Shown here piece by piece: positions 11,338 to 20,425 of a stretch of DNA of 64,000 nt. The translations under genes and the position numbers were made by a program. The notes below the pieces were generated by a model. That model did no database searches. It was not told the DNA's origin and saw only the letters and a list, made by a program, of their open reading frames with translations. The stretch's first letter is position 1; each line of letters starts with the position of its first letter. Source of the DNA: an uncultured Acidobacteriota bacterium (GTDB taxonomy: Bacteria; Acidobacteriota; Vicinamibacteria; Fen-336); the NCBI GenBank assembly GCA_963720545.1, contig OY970399.1, positions 1,376,001-1,440,000 on the forward strand, given 5' to 3'.

Positions 11338-12223
11338 GCTCCTCGCCGGCTATCGCGCGGCGGCGGACGCGGCGCTCGAGGAAGAGCTGCCGGCGGCCAC
11401 CGCCTGGCCGGCCTCGCTGCACGCAGCGATGCGCTACAGCCTGTTCGCCGGCGGCAAGCGCATCCGCCCGGCGCTGGTGTTCGCCGCTGCCGAAAGCGCC
11501 GGCGGCAGCTCCACCCAGCCTCTGGTGCTGCAGTTCGCGTGCGCGGTGGAGATGATCCACACGTACAGCCTGATCCACGACGACCTGCCGGCGATGGACG
11601 ACGACGACCTGCGCCGCGGCAAGCCGACCTGCCACAAGGTGTATGGCGAGGCGCTGGCGATTCTCGCGGGCGACGCGCTCCTGACGCGCGCGTTCGAGGT
11701 GCTGGGGCGCGAGGCGCCGGGCGCCGACGCCACCGCACTGCGCCGGCAGCTCGAAGCGACCGCAGTGCTCGCCTCGGCGTGCGGCACCACCGGGCTCATC
11801 GGCGGCCAGGTGGAGGACCTCGCCGCCGAGGGGTGCCCGGTGAATGCCGGAGAACTGGAACGGATTCATCGCGCCAAGACCGGCGCGCTGCTGCGCGCGT
11901 GCGTGGTGGGCGGCGCCATCCTCGTCGGTGCATCCGAGGACACGCGGACGGCGTTCGATGGCTACAGCCGCGACCTCGGCCTCGCCTTCCAGGTCGTGGA
12001 CGACATCCTCGATGCCACCGAGGACGCCGCGCGGCTCGGCAAGACCGCCGGCAAGGACGCGGCTGCCGACAAGGCGACCTACGTGCGCATCCACGGCCTG
12101 GAAGCGGCGCGCGCCAGCACCCGCACCCTGCTCGCGTCGGCGCTTTACTCTCTGGAGCCGCTCGGCCCGGCTGCCGAGCCGCTGCGCCAGCTCGCGCAGC
12201 TGGTGGTCGACCGGCGCGAGTGA
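11318..12223 (+). CDS. ispA: Polyprenyl (farnesyl) diphosphate synthase
   Basis: GGKRIRP, SLIHDDLPAMDDDDLRRGKPT, KTGAL, FQVVDDILD, GKTAGKD. Confidence 0.95.
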   Translation: MTTSPAELLAGYRAAADAALEEELPAATAWPASLHAAMRYSLFAGGKRIRPALVFAAAESAGGSSTQPLVLQFACAVEMIHTYSLIHDDLPAMDDDDLRRGKPTCHKVYGEALAILAGDALLTRAFEVLGREAPGADATALRRQLEATAVLASACGTTGLIGGQVEDLAAEGCPVNAGELERIHRAKTGALLRACVVGGAILVGASEDTRTAFDGYSRDLGLAFQVVDDILDATEDAARLGKTAGKDAAADKATYVRIHGLEAARASTRTLLASALYSLEPLGPAAEPLRQLAQLVVDRRE

Positions 12224-13032
12224 AAGCTCCGCCGCGGGTGCCGCGCGAGCGCCTCGACCGCGCGCTCGTCGCGCGCGGCCACGCCGAGTCGCGCCAGAAG
12301 GCGCAGGCGCTGATCATGGCCGGCAGCGTGCGGCTCGAGGACGAACGCGTCGCCAAGCCGGGCACCCTGGTTTCCGCCGACACCGCGATCGAAGTGGCGG
12401 CGGCGCCCGGGCACGTGGGCCGCGGCGCGCTCAAGCTCGGCCCCATCCTCGAGCGCTTTGCGATCGACGCGCGCGGGCTCACGGCACTCGACATCGGCGC
12501 CTCCACCGGCGGCTTCACCGAGGTGCTGCTCGCGGCGGGCGCGGCGCGCGTCTACGCGGTCGACGTGGGACGCGGGCAGCTGCACGAGCGCCTGCGCACC
12601 GATCCGCGCGTGCTGGTGCGCGACCGGGTCAATGCGCGGACGCTGTCGGCCGCGGTGATACCCGAGCGCGCGGCCATCGCCACCATCGACGTGTCGTTCA
12701 TCTCGGCCGTCAGGGTGCTCGAGGGAGCCGCGGCGGTGCTGGCCGCAGGAGCGCATGTCGTGTGTCTGGTGAAGCCGCAGTTCGAGGTGGGCCGCGGGCA
12801 AGTCGGCAAGGGCGGGCTCGTCAAGGACGCGCAGCTGCACCGGCAGTGCCTGAGCTCTGTTGCCCGCCGGGCGCAGGAGTTGGGCTACTCTCTTCGGGCG
12901 GCGGCGCCGTCTCCCATAACCGGAAGCGAAGGCAACCGTGAGTTTTTCCTGCACCTCGTCTTCGATTCGGGCAGCCCGGCAGCGCGCGCGGAGGAGATCG
13001 AAAGAATGGCCGATCGGGCGGTGAGCGAATGA
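12220..13032 (+). CDS. tlyA: TlyA family rRNA 2'-O-methyltransferase
   Basis: S4-like ERLD, RGALKL, LDIGASTGGFT, DVSFIS, LVKPQFE, GSEGNREF; GTG overlaps the ispA stop. Confidence 0.94.
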   Translation: MKAPPRVPRERLDRALVARGHAESRQKAQALIMAGSVRLEDERVAKPGTLVSADTAIEVAAAPGHVGRGALKLGPILERFAIDARGLTALDIGASTGGFTEVLLAAGAARVYAVDVGRGQLHERLRTDPRVLVRDRVNARTLSAAVIPERAAIATIDVSFISAVRVLEGAAAVLAAGAHVVCLVKPQFEVGRGQVGKGGLVKDAQLHRQCLSSVARRAQELGYSLRAAAPSPITGSEGNREFFLHLVFDSGSPAARAEEIERMADRAVSE

Positions 13033-13910
13033 TCGTCGGCATCATCGCGCGCAGCGACCTGAAGGCGGCGGGGCGGGTGCTGGGCGACCTGATCGCGTTC
13101 CTCAACGCACGCAACGCGCGCTGCATTGTCGAGACCGCCACGGCGCGGCTGCTGGACGGTGCGAAGGACGGCTTCAGCGTCGCCTCCGGCGCCGAGATGG
13201 GCAAGGCAGCCGACGTGCTCGTGGTCTTCGGCGGCGACGGCACGCTGCTGCGTGCGAGCCATCTCATCGCCAGCAACGAGACCTTGGTGCTGGGCGTCAA
13301 CTTCGGCAGCCTCGGCTTCCTCACCGAGATCGCGAGCGACGAACTGGAGGCGACGCTCGCCGACGTGCTCGCCGGCAACGCGCGCTTCGAGAATCGCAGC
13401 ATGCTGAGCGCCGCGATCACCCGCGGTGACAAGGAGAGCGAGCGCCACGACATCCTCAACGACGTGGTGGTCAGCAAGGCGTCGGTCTCGCGCATCATCG
13501 AGTTCGACGTCAGCATCGACCGCATTTTCGTCTCGGCGTTCCGCGCCGACGGCCTCATCATTTCTTCGCCCACCGGTTCGACGGCCTACAACCTCGCTGC
13601 CGGCGGCCCGATCCTGCATCCCGACCTGGCCGCGGTGCTGGTGACGCCCATCTGCCCGCACATGCTCAGCAACCGGCCGCTGGTGGTTGCCGACTCGAGC
13701 CGCATCGAGGTGAAGCTGCGCGACAACCGCCACGTGCCGGTGCACGTCAGTTTCGACGGCGAGAGCGGCGTGCCGCTCGAGACCGGCGACACCGTGGTCG
13801 TGACGCGCAGTGCGCGCGTGCTGCGCCTGGTGCGCTCGCCGCGGCGCGATTACTACGACGTCCTGCGCGCCAAGCTCAAATGGGGCGACTCGGCCGTGCG
13901 TCGTCCTTGA
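13029..13910 (+). CDS. nadK: NAD kinase
   Basis: GGDGTLL, NFGSLGFL, LND, ADGLIISSPTGSTAYNLAAGGP, PICPH. Confidence 0.96.
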   Translation: MIVGIIARSDLKAAGRVLGDLIAFLNARNARCIVETATARLLDGAKDGFSVASGAEMGKAADVLVVFGGDGTLLRASHLIASNETLVLGVNFGSLGFLTEIASDELEATLADVLAGNARFENRSMLSAAITRGDKESERHDILNDVVVSKASVSRIIEFDVSIDRIFVSAFRADGLIISSPTGSTAYNLAAGGPILHPDLAAVLVTPICPHMLSNRPLVVADSSRIEVKLRDNRHVPVHVSFDGESGVPLETGDTVVVTRSARVLRLVRSPRRDYYDVLRAKLKWGDSAVRRP

Positions 13911-13935
13911 TCCCGGAGCCCTGAACTCAGGAAGC

Positions 13936-16900
13936 ATGTCCTTCCGCATCACGATCCGCGGCACCACCGGCGCGCTCCGCCCGCCCAGCCAGCAGCAGCG
14001 CTTCGCCGTGGCTGCGGTGGCCATCGCGGCGGCCGCCTCGCTCTGCACCGCCTCCTATCACCTCGTGCCGACGAGCGCCGGAATCTGGCGCGGCATGGTG
14101 AACCCGCCGGGAGGGGCGCAGCTGGCGCTCGCCGTCATCCTCGGCGTCATCTTTTCGCTCGGCTTCCTGGGACTGCCGTGGCGCTGCAGCCGGTTGGTGC
14201 GCGTTGGCTTCGTGGCGGCGCTGCCGCTGGTGCCGCTCCTGACCGGCTGGGGCCGGGTGCTGCTCTTCTTCCAGGGCCCGGTGCTGCTGATCATTGTCGC
14301 GGCTGCCATCGGCATGATGCTGGTGCGGCGGCGCCAGCGCAACGAGTACGCGCCGGCACCGTTCGAACTGTTCGCGATTGGTTTCGTGCTGTTCCTGGCG
14401 CTCGGCCTGAGGCTGCCCGGTGCCGCCGGCCCGCAAGGCGACGAACCTCACTACCTGCTGATGGCGCGAAGCCTGGTGGCCGACCACGACCTCGACCTGG
14501 CGAACGACTTCGCGCAGCGGCGATACGCGCCCTTCTACGGAGGGGTGCTCGAAGCGCACACTTCGCCGCGCAGCCCGAAGGGGCGCATCTACGCGGTGCA
14601 CGCGCCGGGCCTGCCGGTGCTGCTCGCGCCGGGCTACGCCGCGGCCGGCTACTTCGGCGCGCGCGTGCTGATCGCGTTGCTCGCGGCCGCCACCGCGGCC
14701 CTCACCTACAGGCTGTGCGCCGAGGTGCTCGCCGATCGCGGCCCCGCGCTCGCCCTGTGGCTGGCGCTCGTCTGCACCGCGCCATTCGCGCTCTACGCGA
14801 CCAGCATCTACCCCGAGATGCCGGCGGCGTTCGCCACCGCGGTGTTCCTGCTGACGAGCCGCAAGGATCCCGGACCGCGCGCCCTCGCTGCCGTCGCGGC
14901 CTGCGCCGCACTCCTGCCGTGGATCCACCCCAAGTTCCTGCCGCTCGCCGCCGCGGGCCTGCTGTTCACGGTGGCCCGCCGCGGACCGCGCGCATGGCGC
15001 CGCGCGGCGGTCGCGGCGTTCGCGCTGTCGCTCGCCCTGCTCGCGTTCTTCTTCCGTTCGCACTACGGCTCGCCCTGGCCATCGGCCGCCTATGGTCCCG
15101 GGTACGGCGGCGATGTCTCGCTGCTGCGCGCGCCGCTGGGACTGCTCGGCTTCCTGTTCGATCGCCAGCACGGGTTGCTGTTCCTGAGCCCGGTGTGGCT
15201 GCTCGCGATTCCCGGCGTGCCGCTCCTGGCCCGCGAGCGCCTGGGCGACGCCTTGCGCGCGGGCCTGTTCGCGGCGGCGTCGCTGCTGGTGGGCGCCAGC
15301 TTCAGCATGTGGTGGGGCGGAGCGTGTCCGCCAGGACGGTTCGTGGTGCCGGCGCTGCCGGCGCTGGCGCTCTTCGTCGGCGCCGTCGCCGTGCGCCGGC
15401 ACGAGGTGACCGCGGCGCTGTGCGGCGTTGGCGCGGCCATCCTGGCGCTCGCGGCCTGGGCGCCACGCGCGCTCCACAACCGCGGCGACGGCGAGAGCGC
15501 GCTGCTGCGCTTCCTGGCGCCCGCGCTCGATCTCGACTCGCGGCTGCCCTCGCTGATCCTCGCCAACGGCGCCGGCATCCTGCTGCTCCTCTGCCTGGTC
15601 GGGGTGCTCACGCTCGCGTGGCGCTACACCCGCTACGGCTCGCTGGCCGGCGTCGCCGGCTACGCCGCTGTGGCGACGCTCGTCGCCGGCACGCCGATCC
15701 TCGACGGACGCGGCGCGACCCAGCAGCTGCTGTCCTTGTGGTGGCAGCCGCGCCTCACCGTCGGCACCACGCCGCCGCCCGCGCTGCGCGACCTGAGCCT
15801 GCCGCTCGACCTGCCGGATGCGCCGTGGGTGCTGGCGAAAGGCGACGAGCGCCACAGCCGGCGCTTCGAACTGCCCGCCGGCGTCTACCGCCTCGAGGCC
15901 GACCTGCGCCGGGAAACGGGTGAAGCCGCGACGCTGCGCGCGCAGTTCTTCGCCGGGGATGCGGTGCTCGCGGCCGGAAACTGGAAGACCGGCGCGGGCA
16001 GCACCCACGTCACTGCCGCGCTCGATGCCACCGTCGAGGAGGGCGCGCGCCGCCTGCAGGTTTCGGTGGCCGCTATCGACGGCCGCAGCCGGATCGCCGC
16101 ATTGCGGCTCATCCCGCTGGCGCTCGCCGCCTCCGCGGACGCAACCGCGGGCAACCTCGATGCCGCGATGAAGCCGCCGACCATGCCGGCCGCATCGCCG
16201 TCGGCGTCGCCGACACCGACGCCGACGCCGAAATCGATGGTCGAGGAGTGGCGCACGCCGACGACGCCGGCGCGCATCGTCGGCCCGATCTACTACGTCG
16301 GCACGCGCGACCTCGGCGTTTACCTGTTCACGACACCGGCTGGCCACATCCTCCTGGACGGTGCCGTCCCGGGTGCCGCGCCCGATATCCTGCGCTCCAT
16401 TCGCACCCTTGGCTTCAAGCCCGAGGATGTCCGCTTCCTGCTCATCAGTCAGGCGCATTTCGACCACGTGGGCACGCTTGCCGCGCTGAAGAAGGCGACC
16501 GGCGCAACTGTGATGGTGATGAGCGGCGACGAGGGCCTGGTGCGCGACGGCGGCGCCAGCGACTACCTGTTCGCGCGCGACCCTGCGATGCGCTTCGAGC
16601 CGGTCGCCGTCGAGCGGGTGCTGCGCGACGGCGAAACGGTTTCGCTCGGCAATATCGCCCTGCGCGCGCTGCGCACCCCCGGCCACACGCCGGGCACGAC
16701 CACCTGGACGACATCGGTGCGCGACCGCGGCCGGCGCTATTCGGTGGTGTTCCCCGGCAGCACCAGCATCAATCCGGGAACGCGCCTTGGCGCGGCACCT
16801 TCCTACCCCGGCATCGCGGACGACCTCCGCCATTCGTTCGAGGTGCTCGCCGGGCTGAAACCGGACATCTTCCTCACCGCGCACGCCGCGGCTTTCGACT

Positions 16901-17034
16901 TCGAGAAGAAGCGCGGACGCGCGATGCTGGAGGGGCCGCCCGCCTACGTCGATCCGGCCGGGTATGCCGCTTACGTGGCGGCCAGGCGGGCCGATTTCGC
17001 GAAGGCGCTCAGCGAATCGTCCGGCCGTCCATGA
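13936..17034 (+). CDS. Fusion of a multi-TM GT-C-like glycosyltransferase, a beta-rich extracytoplasmic domain, a P/S/T linker and a subclass B3 metallo-beta-lactamase
   Basis: One open frame; many hydrophobic helices with GDEPHY, DLDLAND, YPEMP, HPKF, WWGG..PGRF; C-terminal IYYVGT..., SQAHFDHVG, TPGHTPGTT, PDIFLTAH; ATG at 13936 chosen as start. Confidence 0.8.
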   Translation: MSFRITIRGTTGALRPPSQQQRFAVAAVAIAAAASLCTASYHLVPTSAGIWRGMVNPPGGAQLALAVILGVIFSLGFLGLPWRCSRLVRVGFVAALPLVPLLTGWGRVLLFFQGPVLLIIVAAAIGMMLVRRRQRNEYAPAPFELFAIGFVLFLALGLRLPGAAGPQGDEPHYLLMARSLVADHDLDLANDFAQRRYAPFYGGVLEAHTSPRSPKGRIYAVHAPGLPVLLAPGYAAAGYFGARVLIALLAAATAALTYRLCAEVLADRGPALALWLALVCTAPFALYATSIYPEMPAAFATAVFLLTSRKDPGPRALAAVAACAALLPWIHPKFLPLAAAGLLFTVARRGPRAWRRAAVAAFALSLALLAFFFRSHYGSPWPSAAYGPGYGGDVSLLRAPLGLLGFLFDRQHGLLFLSPVWLLAIPGVPLLARERLGDALRAGLFAAASLLVGASFSMWWGGACPPGRFVVPALPALALFVGAVAVRRHEVTAALCGVGAAILALAAWAPRALHNRGDGESALLRFLAPALDLDSRLPSLILANGAGILLLLCLVGVLTLAWRYTRYGSLAGVAGYAAVATLVAGTPILDGRGATQQLLSLWWQPRLTVGTTPPPALRDLSLPLDLPDAPWVLAKGDERHSRRFELPAGVYRLEADLRRETGEAATLRAQFFAGDAVLAAGNWKTGAGSTHVTAALDATVEEGARRLQVSVAAIDGRSRIAALRLIPLALAASADATAGNLDAAMKPPTMPAASPSASPTPTPTPKSMVEEWRTPTTPARIVGPIYYVGTRDLGVYLFTTPAGHILLDGAVPGAAPDILRSIRTLGFKPEDVRFLLISQAHFDHVGTLAALKKATGATVMVMSGDEGLVRDGGASDYLFARDPAMRFEPVAVERVLRDGETVSLGNIALRALRTPGHTPGTTTWTTSVRDRGRRYSVVFPGSTSINPGTRLGAAPSYPGIADDLRHSFEVLAGLKPDIFLTAHAAAFDFEKKRGRAMLEGPPAYVDPAGYAAYVAARRADFAKALSESSGRP

Positions 17035-18787
17035 CGATGGTGTCGACCGCATCGGTGCGCGGCACGAGCGACACCGAGGCGAGGTCGGCCGACGACTCGC
17101 CGCCGCCGCGGCCGAGCGTCACGAACACGTCGTCGCCCTGAGCGTACTCGAACGGCTGGCGCACCAGGAACTCGCCAGCCATCGGCCATGCCGTGTAACG
17201 CGGCGGGCCGCTGCGAAAGCTCGAGACGCCGACGTAGAGGATGCCGCGGCCGCGGCCTGCGACCCGCACCTCGAGGCGGCGCGCGGCGGTTGCGGGAAGC
17301 GCTCGCAGGAAGACCCCGTCCCAGCGCCCGCGCAGTTCGGCGTGCCCGCCCGCTATGCGCGCGCCGCGCTCGAGATGCGCATCCTTGAAGTTGTTCTCGG
17401 CGCCCGAGACCACCATGCTCCCGGCGGCGAACAGGAGGCGCGACCCCGACGGCGAACCGGGAACGAAGCGGTGCTCGGCAACCAGCACGCGCTGGTCGCG
17501 CACCATCGGCAGCGCCGCGATCAGGACGTGCTCCCGCAGGTGGAACGGGATGGGGCTGTCGCGAACGTTCCAGACCCACGAACGGTCGGCAGGCGCGCCG
17601 GCCCGCTGGTAGAGCCGCTCCCAGCGATAGTCGTATGCGAACGCCCCGAGGAGCTGCACGCCGATCGACACCGCTGCCGCGAGCGCGAACAGCGGCCGCG
17701 ACACGAACCGCCCTTCCGGCGTGAACAGGAACAAGAGCGGCAGCGCGTCGGTCAGGAGCCGCGGGCCGAAACTCTCGCCGCCATGCCATTCGCCCCAAAG
17801 CCCGATCACCAGGACGTGCACGGCGAGCGCCGCGCCAAGCGTGCCGGCGAGCCAGCGCTCGCCCGCGCGCCACGAACGGACCATGCCGACGAGGCCGAAG
17901 AGCGCCACCGGCGTGAAGACGAAAAGACCCTTCGCCGGCGAGAAGAGGAGCGCCAGGTGGCCGCGCCCGAAGGGCTCGGTGAAGCGCGACCCTCCGCCCG
18001 AGAAGGCATTGCGCCACGGCGAGCCGAAATACTCGAACTGATAGAGGGCCACGAGCAGCACCGGCGCGAGCCCCCAGAGGACCATGCCGAGGATGCGGCG
18101 CGGGTAGCGCACGGCAAGGCCGAGAAAAATCACCGCCACCATCGGCGCGGCGGCATGGCGGGCGGCGGCGCAGAGCGCGAGCGGCAGCGCGGCGCGCGCG
18201 ATCCAGGCGTCGTCTTCGCGCTGTTCGCCGCGCACGATGAAGACGAGTGCCAGCGACAGGCACGCGACCGCCGCCGGGTGCTGCCACAGCGCCTGGCTGG
18301 TGGCGAAGACCGTCGTGCCGAGCGCGAACACCAGCGCCGCGACCCGGCCGTCGGGCTCGGCGTGGCGCCTTGCGACCGCGCGATAGAGGAAGGCAGCGGC
18401 GAGCGCCGCGAACAGCGCCGCGGCCCACTTCCCCGCGAGCTGCGTGCCCGTGTCGTCGAGGACGAAGAAGAGTTTCGCCGCGGCGAACAAGGGCGCCGCC
18501 GCGACTGCGGTGAGCACCGGATAAACGGAGACCCGGTGCACACCCGCCGTCTTCGCGAACGGCTCGGTGACTGCCGGGTACTCGTCGAGGTCGAGATTGC
18601 CCGTGGTCACGAGACTCGCGGCCACATGCTCGCTGACGCGCGAATCGCCCGAGCCGATCGGCCGGCCGTTCGCCACCAGGATCACGAACACCGCAAGCGC
18701 CAGCAACAGCGTGGCGCGCAGGGACGGCTCGCGCGCGACAGAGCCGGCGATGATCGGCGCGTCGCCCTCGGGAGAGCGAACTCCCAA
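17009..18787 (-). CDS. Multi-TM GT-C-like membrane glycosyltransferase homologue with C-terminal beta domain
   Basis: Many TM segments; GSGD, LDLDEY, LWQH, FSPAKGLFVFTP, WHGGESFGPRLL parallel motifs in the opposite gene; start uncertain (TTG at 18787 just after the mltG stop). Confidence 0.65.
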   Translation of the reverse strand: MGVRSPEGDAPIIAGSVAREPSLRATLLLALAVFVILVANGRPIGSGDSRVSEHVAASLVTTGNLDLDEYPAVTEPFAKTAGVHRVSVYPVLTAVAAAPLFAAAKLFFVLDDTGTQLAGKWAAALFAALAAAFLYRAVARRHAEPDGRVAALVFALGTTVFATSQALWQHPAAVACLSLALVFIVRGEQREDDAWIARAALPLALCAAARHAAAPMVAVIFLGLAVRYPRRILGMVLWGLAPVLLVALYQFEYFGSPWRNAFSGGGSRFTEPFGRGHLALLFSPAKGLFVFTPVALFGLVGMVRSWRAGERWLAGTLGAALAVHVLVIGLWGEWHGGESFGPRLLTDALPLLFLFTPEGRFVSRPLFALAAAVSIGVQLLGAFAYDYRWERLYQRAGAPADRSWVWNVRDSPIPFHLREHVLIAALPMVRDQRVLVAEHRFVPGSPSGSRLLFAAGSMVVSGAENNFKDAHLERGARIAGGHAELRGRWDGVFLRALPATAARRLEVRVAGRGRGILYVGVSSFRSGPPRYTAWPMAGEFLVRQPFEYAQGDDVFVTLGRGGGESSADLASVSLVPRTDAVDTIVMDGRTIR

Positions 18788-18789
18788 GC

Positions 18790-19926
18790 TCAGCGCCCGC
18801 GCGAAGAAGAAGACGCTGCCGAGGGCGACGGTGGCGGCGCTGAGGGCGCGGCGGGCGGCTGCGGGCTCGCGTCGGGGACCGGCGAGGTTTCGGGGGACGC
18901 CTCGGGCGAAGGCGAGGCGCCGCCGCCGCCGGCGCGCTGGTACAGGTTCACCGCCTTGTTGTGCTCGGCGAGCGTGCGGCTGAAGGCGTGCGTGCCGTCG
19001 TTGCGGCTCACGAAGTAGAGGTCCTCGCTGGGCGTCGGACGCAGCACGGCGCGAATCGCCTCGATCCCCGGCGCGCCGATCGGTCCGGGCGGCAGGCCCG
19101 GCCACTTGTAGGTGTTGTACGGCGAGTCGATCGCGAGGTCCTTCTTGCGGATGTTGCCGTCGAAGCGGCCGGCCTCGCGCAGCGCATAGATGATGGTGGG
19201 GTCGGTCTGCAACAGCATGCTCTTGCGCAGGCGGTTCAGGAACACCCCGGCGATGCGCGGCCGTTCGCTGCCGCGCGCCGTTTCCATCTCCACCAGCGAG
19301 GCCAGCGTGACGATCTGCCGCAGCGTCATCCCGCTCGCCGCGATCGCCTCGCGCTCGGGTGCGATCACCTCGCGGAAGCGCTGCACCATGCGCACGATCA
19401 GCGCCTTCTCGGGCGCGTCGATGTAGGTCGAGACCTGGTAGGTGTCGGGGAACAGGTAACCCTCGAGGTCGTGCGCCGCAGGGTCGAGGTCGGCGATTGC
19501 GGCGGGATCGCTAGCCAGGTCGAGGAAGGTGGTGGGCCGCAGGCCGGCGCCGTCGACGATTTCCGCCATCTCGCGCAACGTGCGTCCTTCGGGAAAGGTC
19601 ACGCCCTTGTTGGCCGTCTCGCCGCGCACCAGCATCTCGACGATGTCGGCGAGCGTCAGCGGGCCATCCACCGCATAGTCGCCCGCGCGCAGCCGGGTCC
19701 CCGTGCCCTGCAGGTAGACGAGGGCCCGGAACACCCACGGATAGCGCACCAGGCCGAGACCCTGCAGCTGCCGGCCGATGCTCTCGCCGGTGGCGCCCTG
19801 CGGCACGGTGAATGGCAGCGGCGGATCGCCCACGCGGCGCACCGGCAGGCGCGTCTCACGCAGCCAGAAGCCATAGGCCACGGCGGCGAGCGCAGCAAGG
19901 ATCGTGATGCGCCGCAGCCACTTCAC
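18790..19926 (-). CDS. mltG: Endolytic peptidoglycan transglycosylase MltG with a P/S/A-rich tail
   Basis: N-terminal TM, VTFPEG, LEGYLFPDTY, LASLVEME, LQTDPT, SPYNTY..GLPPGPI, LYFV; GTG start at 19926. Confidence 0.95.
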   Translation of the reverse strand: MKWLRRITILAALAAVAYGFWLRETRLPVRRVGDPPLPFTVPQGATGESIGRQLQGLGLVRYPWVFRALVYLQGTGTRLRAGDYAVDGPLTLADIVEMLVRGETANKGVTFPEGRTLREMAEIVDGAGLRPTTFLDLASDPAAIADLDPAAHDLEGYLFPDTYQVSTYIDAPEKALIVRMVQRFREVIAPEREAIAASGMTLRQIVTLASLVEMETARGSERPRIAGVFLNRLRKSMLLQTDPTIIYALREAGRFDGNIRKKDLAIDSPYNTYKWPGLPPGPIGAPGIEAIRAVLRPTPSEDLYFVSRNDGTHAFSRTLAEHNKAVNLYQRAGGGGASPSPEASPETSPVPDASPQPPAAPSAPPPSPSAASSSSRGR

Positions 19927-19936
19927 GCGAAGGGCC

Positions 19937-20383
19937 TCAGTCTTCGGGGGCCGGCGGCTCGGATTCGAGGAGCTTCCGGTAGTCCAGGTAGTTCTGCAGG
20001 ATGATGATGGCGGCGACCTTGTCCACCCGGCCGCCGCGGCGATCCTTGCGCGAGACACCCGCCTCGATGAGGGCCTCTTCGGCCACCACCGAGGTGAGCC
20101 GCTCGTCCCAGGGGATGACCGGCACCCGCACGTGGCGCTTCAGGGCCTCGATGAAGTTGAGGACCTTTTCAGCCTGGGTGCCGACGGCGCCGTTCAGGTG
20201 CTTCGGGAACCCCACCACCACCTGCTCGACTTCGTGCTCCACGACCAGCTTTGCCAGGGCCTGCAGGTCTTTCTTCGGGCCGACCCGTTCGTAGGTGGGA
20301 AGACCGCTGGCGAGCGTGCCGGTTTCGTCGGACATGGCGATGCCGATTCGCTTGTCGCCCACGTCCAGCCCCAGTTGCCGCAT
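19937..20383 (-). CDS. yqgF: YqgF/RuvX nuclease (pre-16S rRNA maturation)
   Basis: MRQLGLDVGDKRIGIAMSD, VVGFP, WDERLTS, VDKVAAIIILQNYLD. Confidence 0.95.
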   Translation of the reverse strand: MRQLGLDVGDKRIGIAMSDETGTLASGLPTYERVGPKKDLQALAKLVVEHEVEQVVVGFPKHLNGAVGTQAEKVLNFIEALKRHVRVPVIPWDERLTSVVAEEALIEAGVSRKDRRGGRVDKVAAIIILQNYLDYRKLLESEPPAPED

Positions 20384-20425
20384 GTCGTTAACTGGCTGGA
20401 GTATAGCGCTTGATAAGATGGCGCC

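Noticed and set aside
16195..16235. ccgacg-type tandem repeats (also ~56520-56550 and ~36880-37050)
   Set aside because: These encode PT/SP or YG low-complexity peptides; they are not CRISPR or non-coding repeats.
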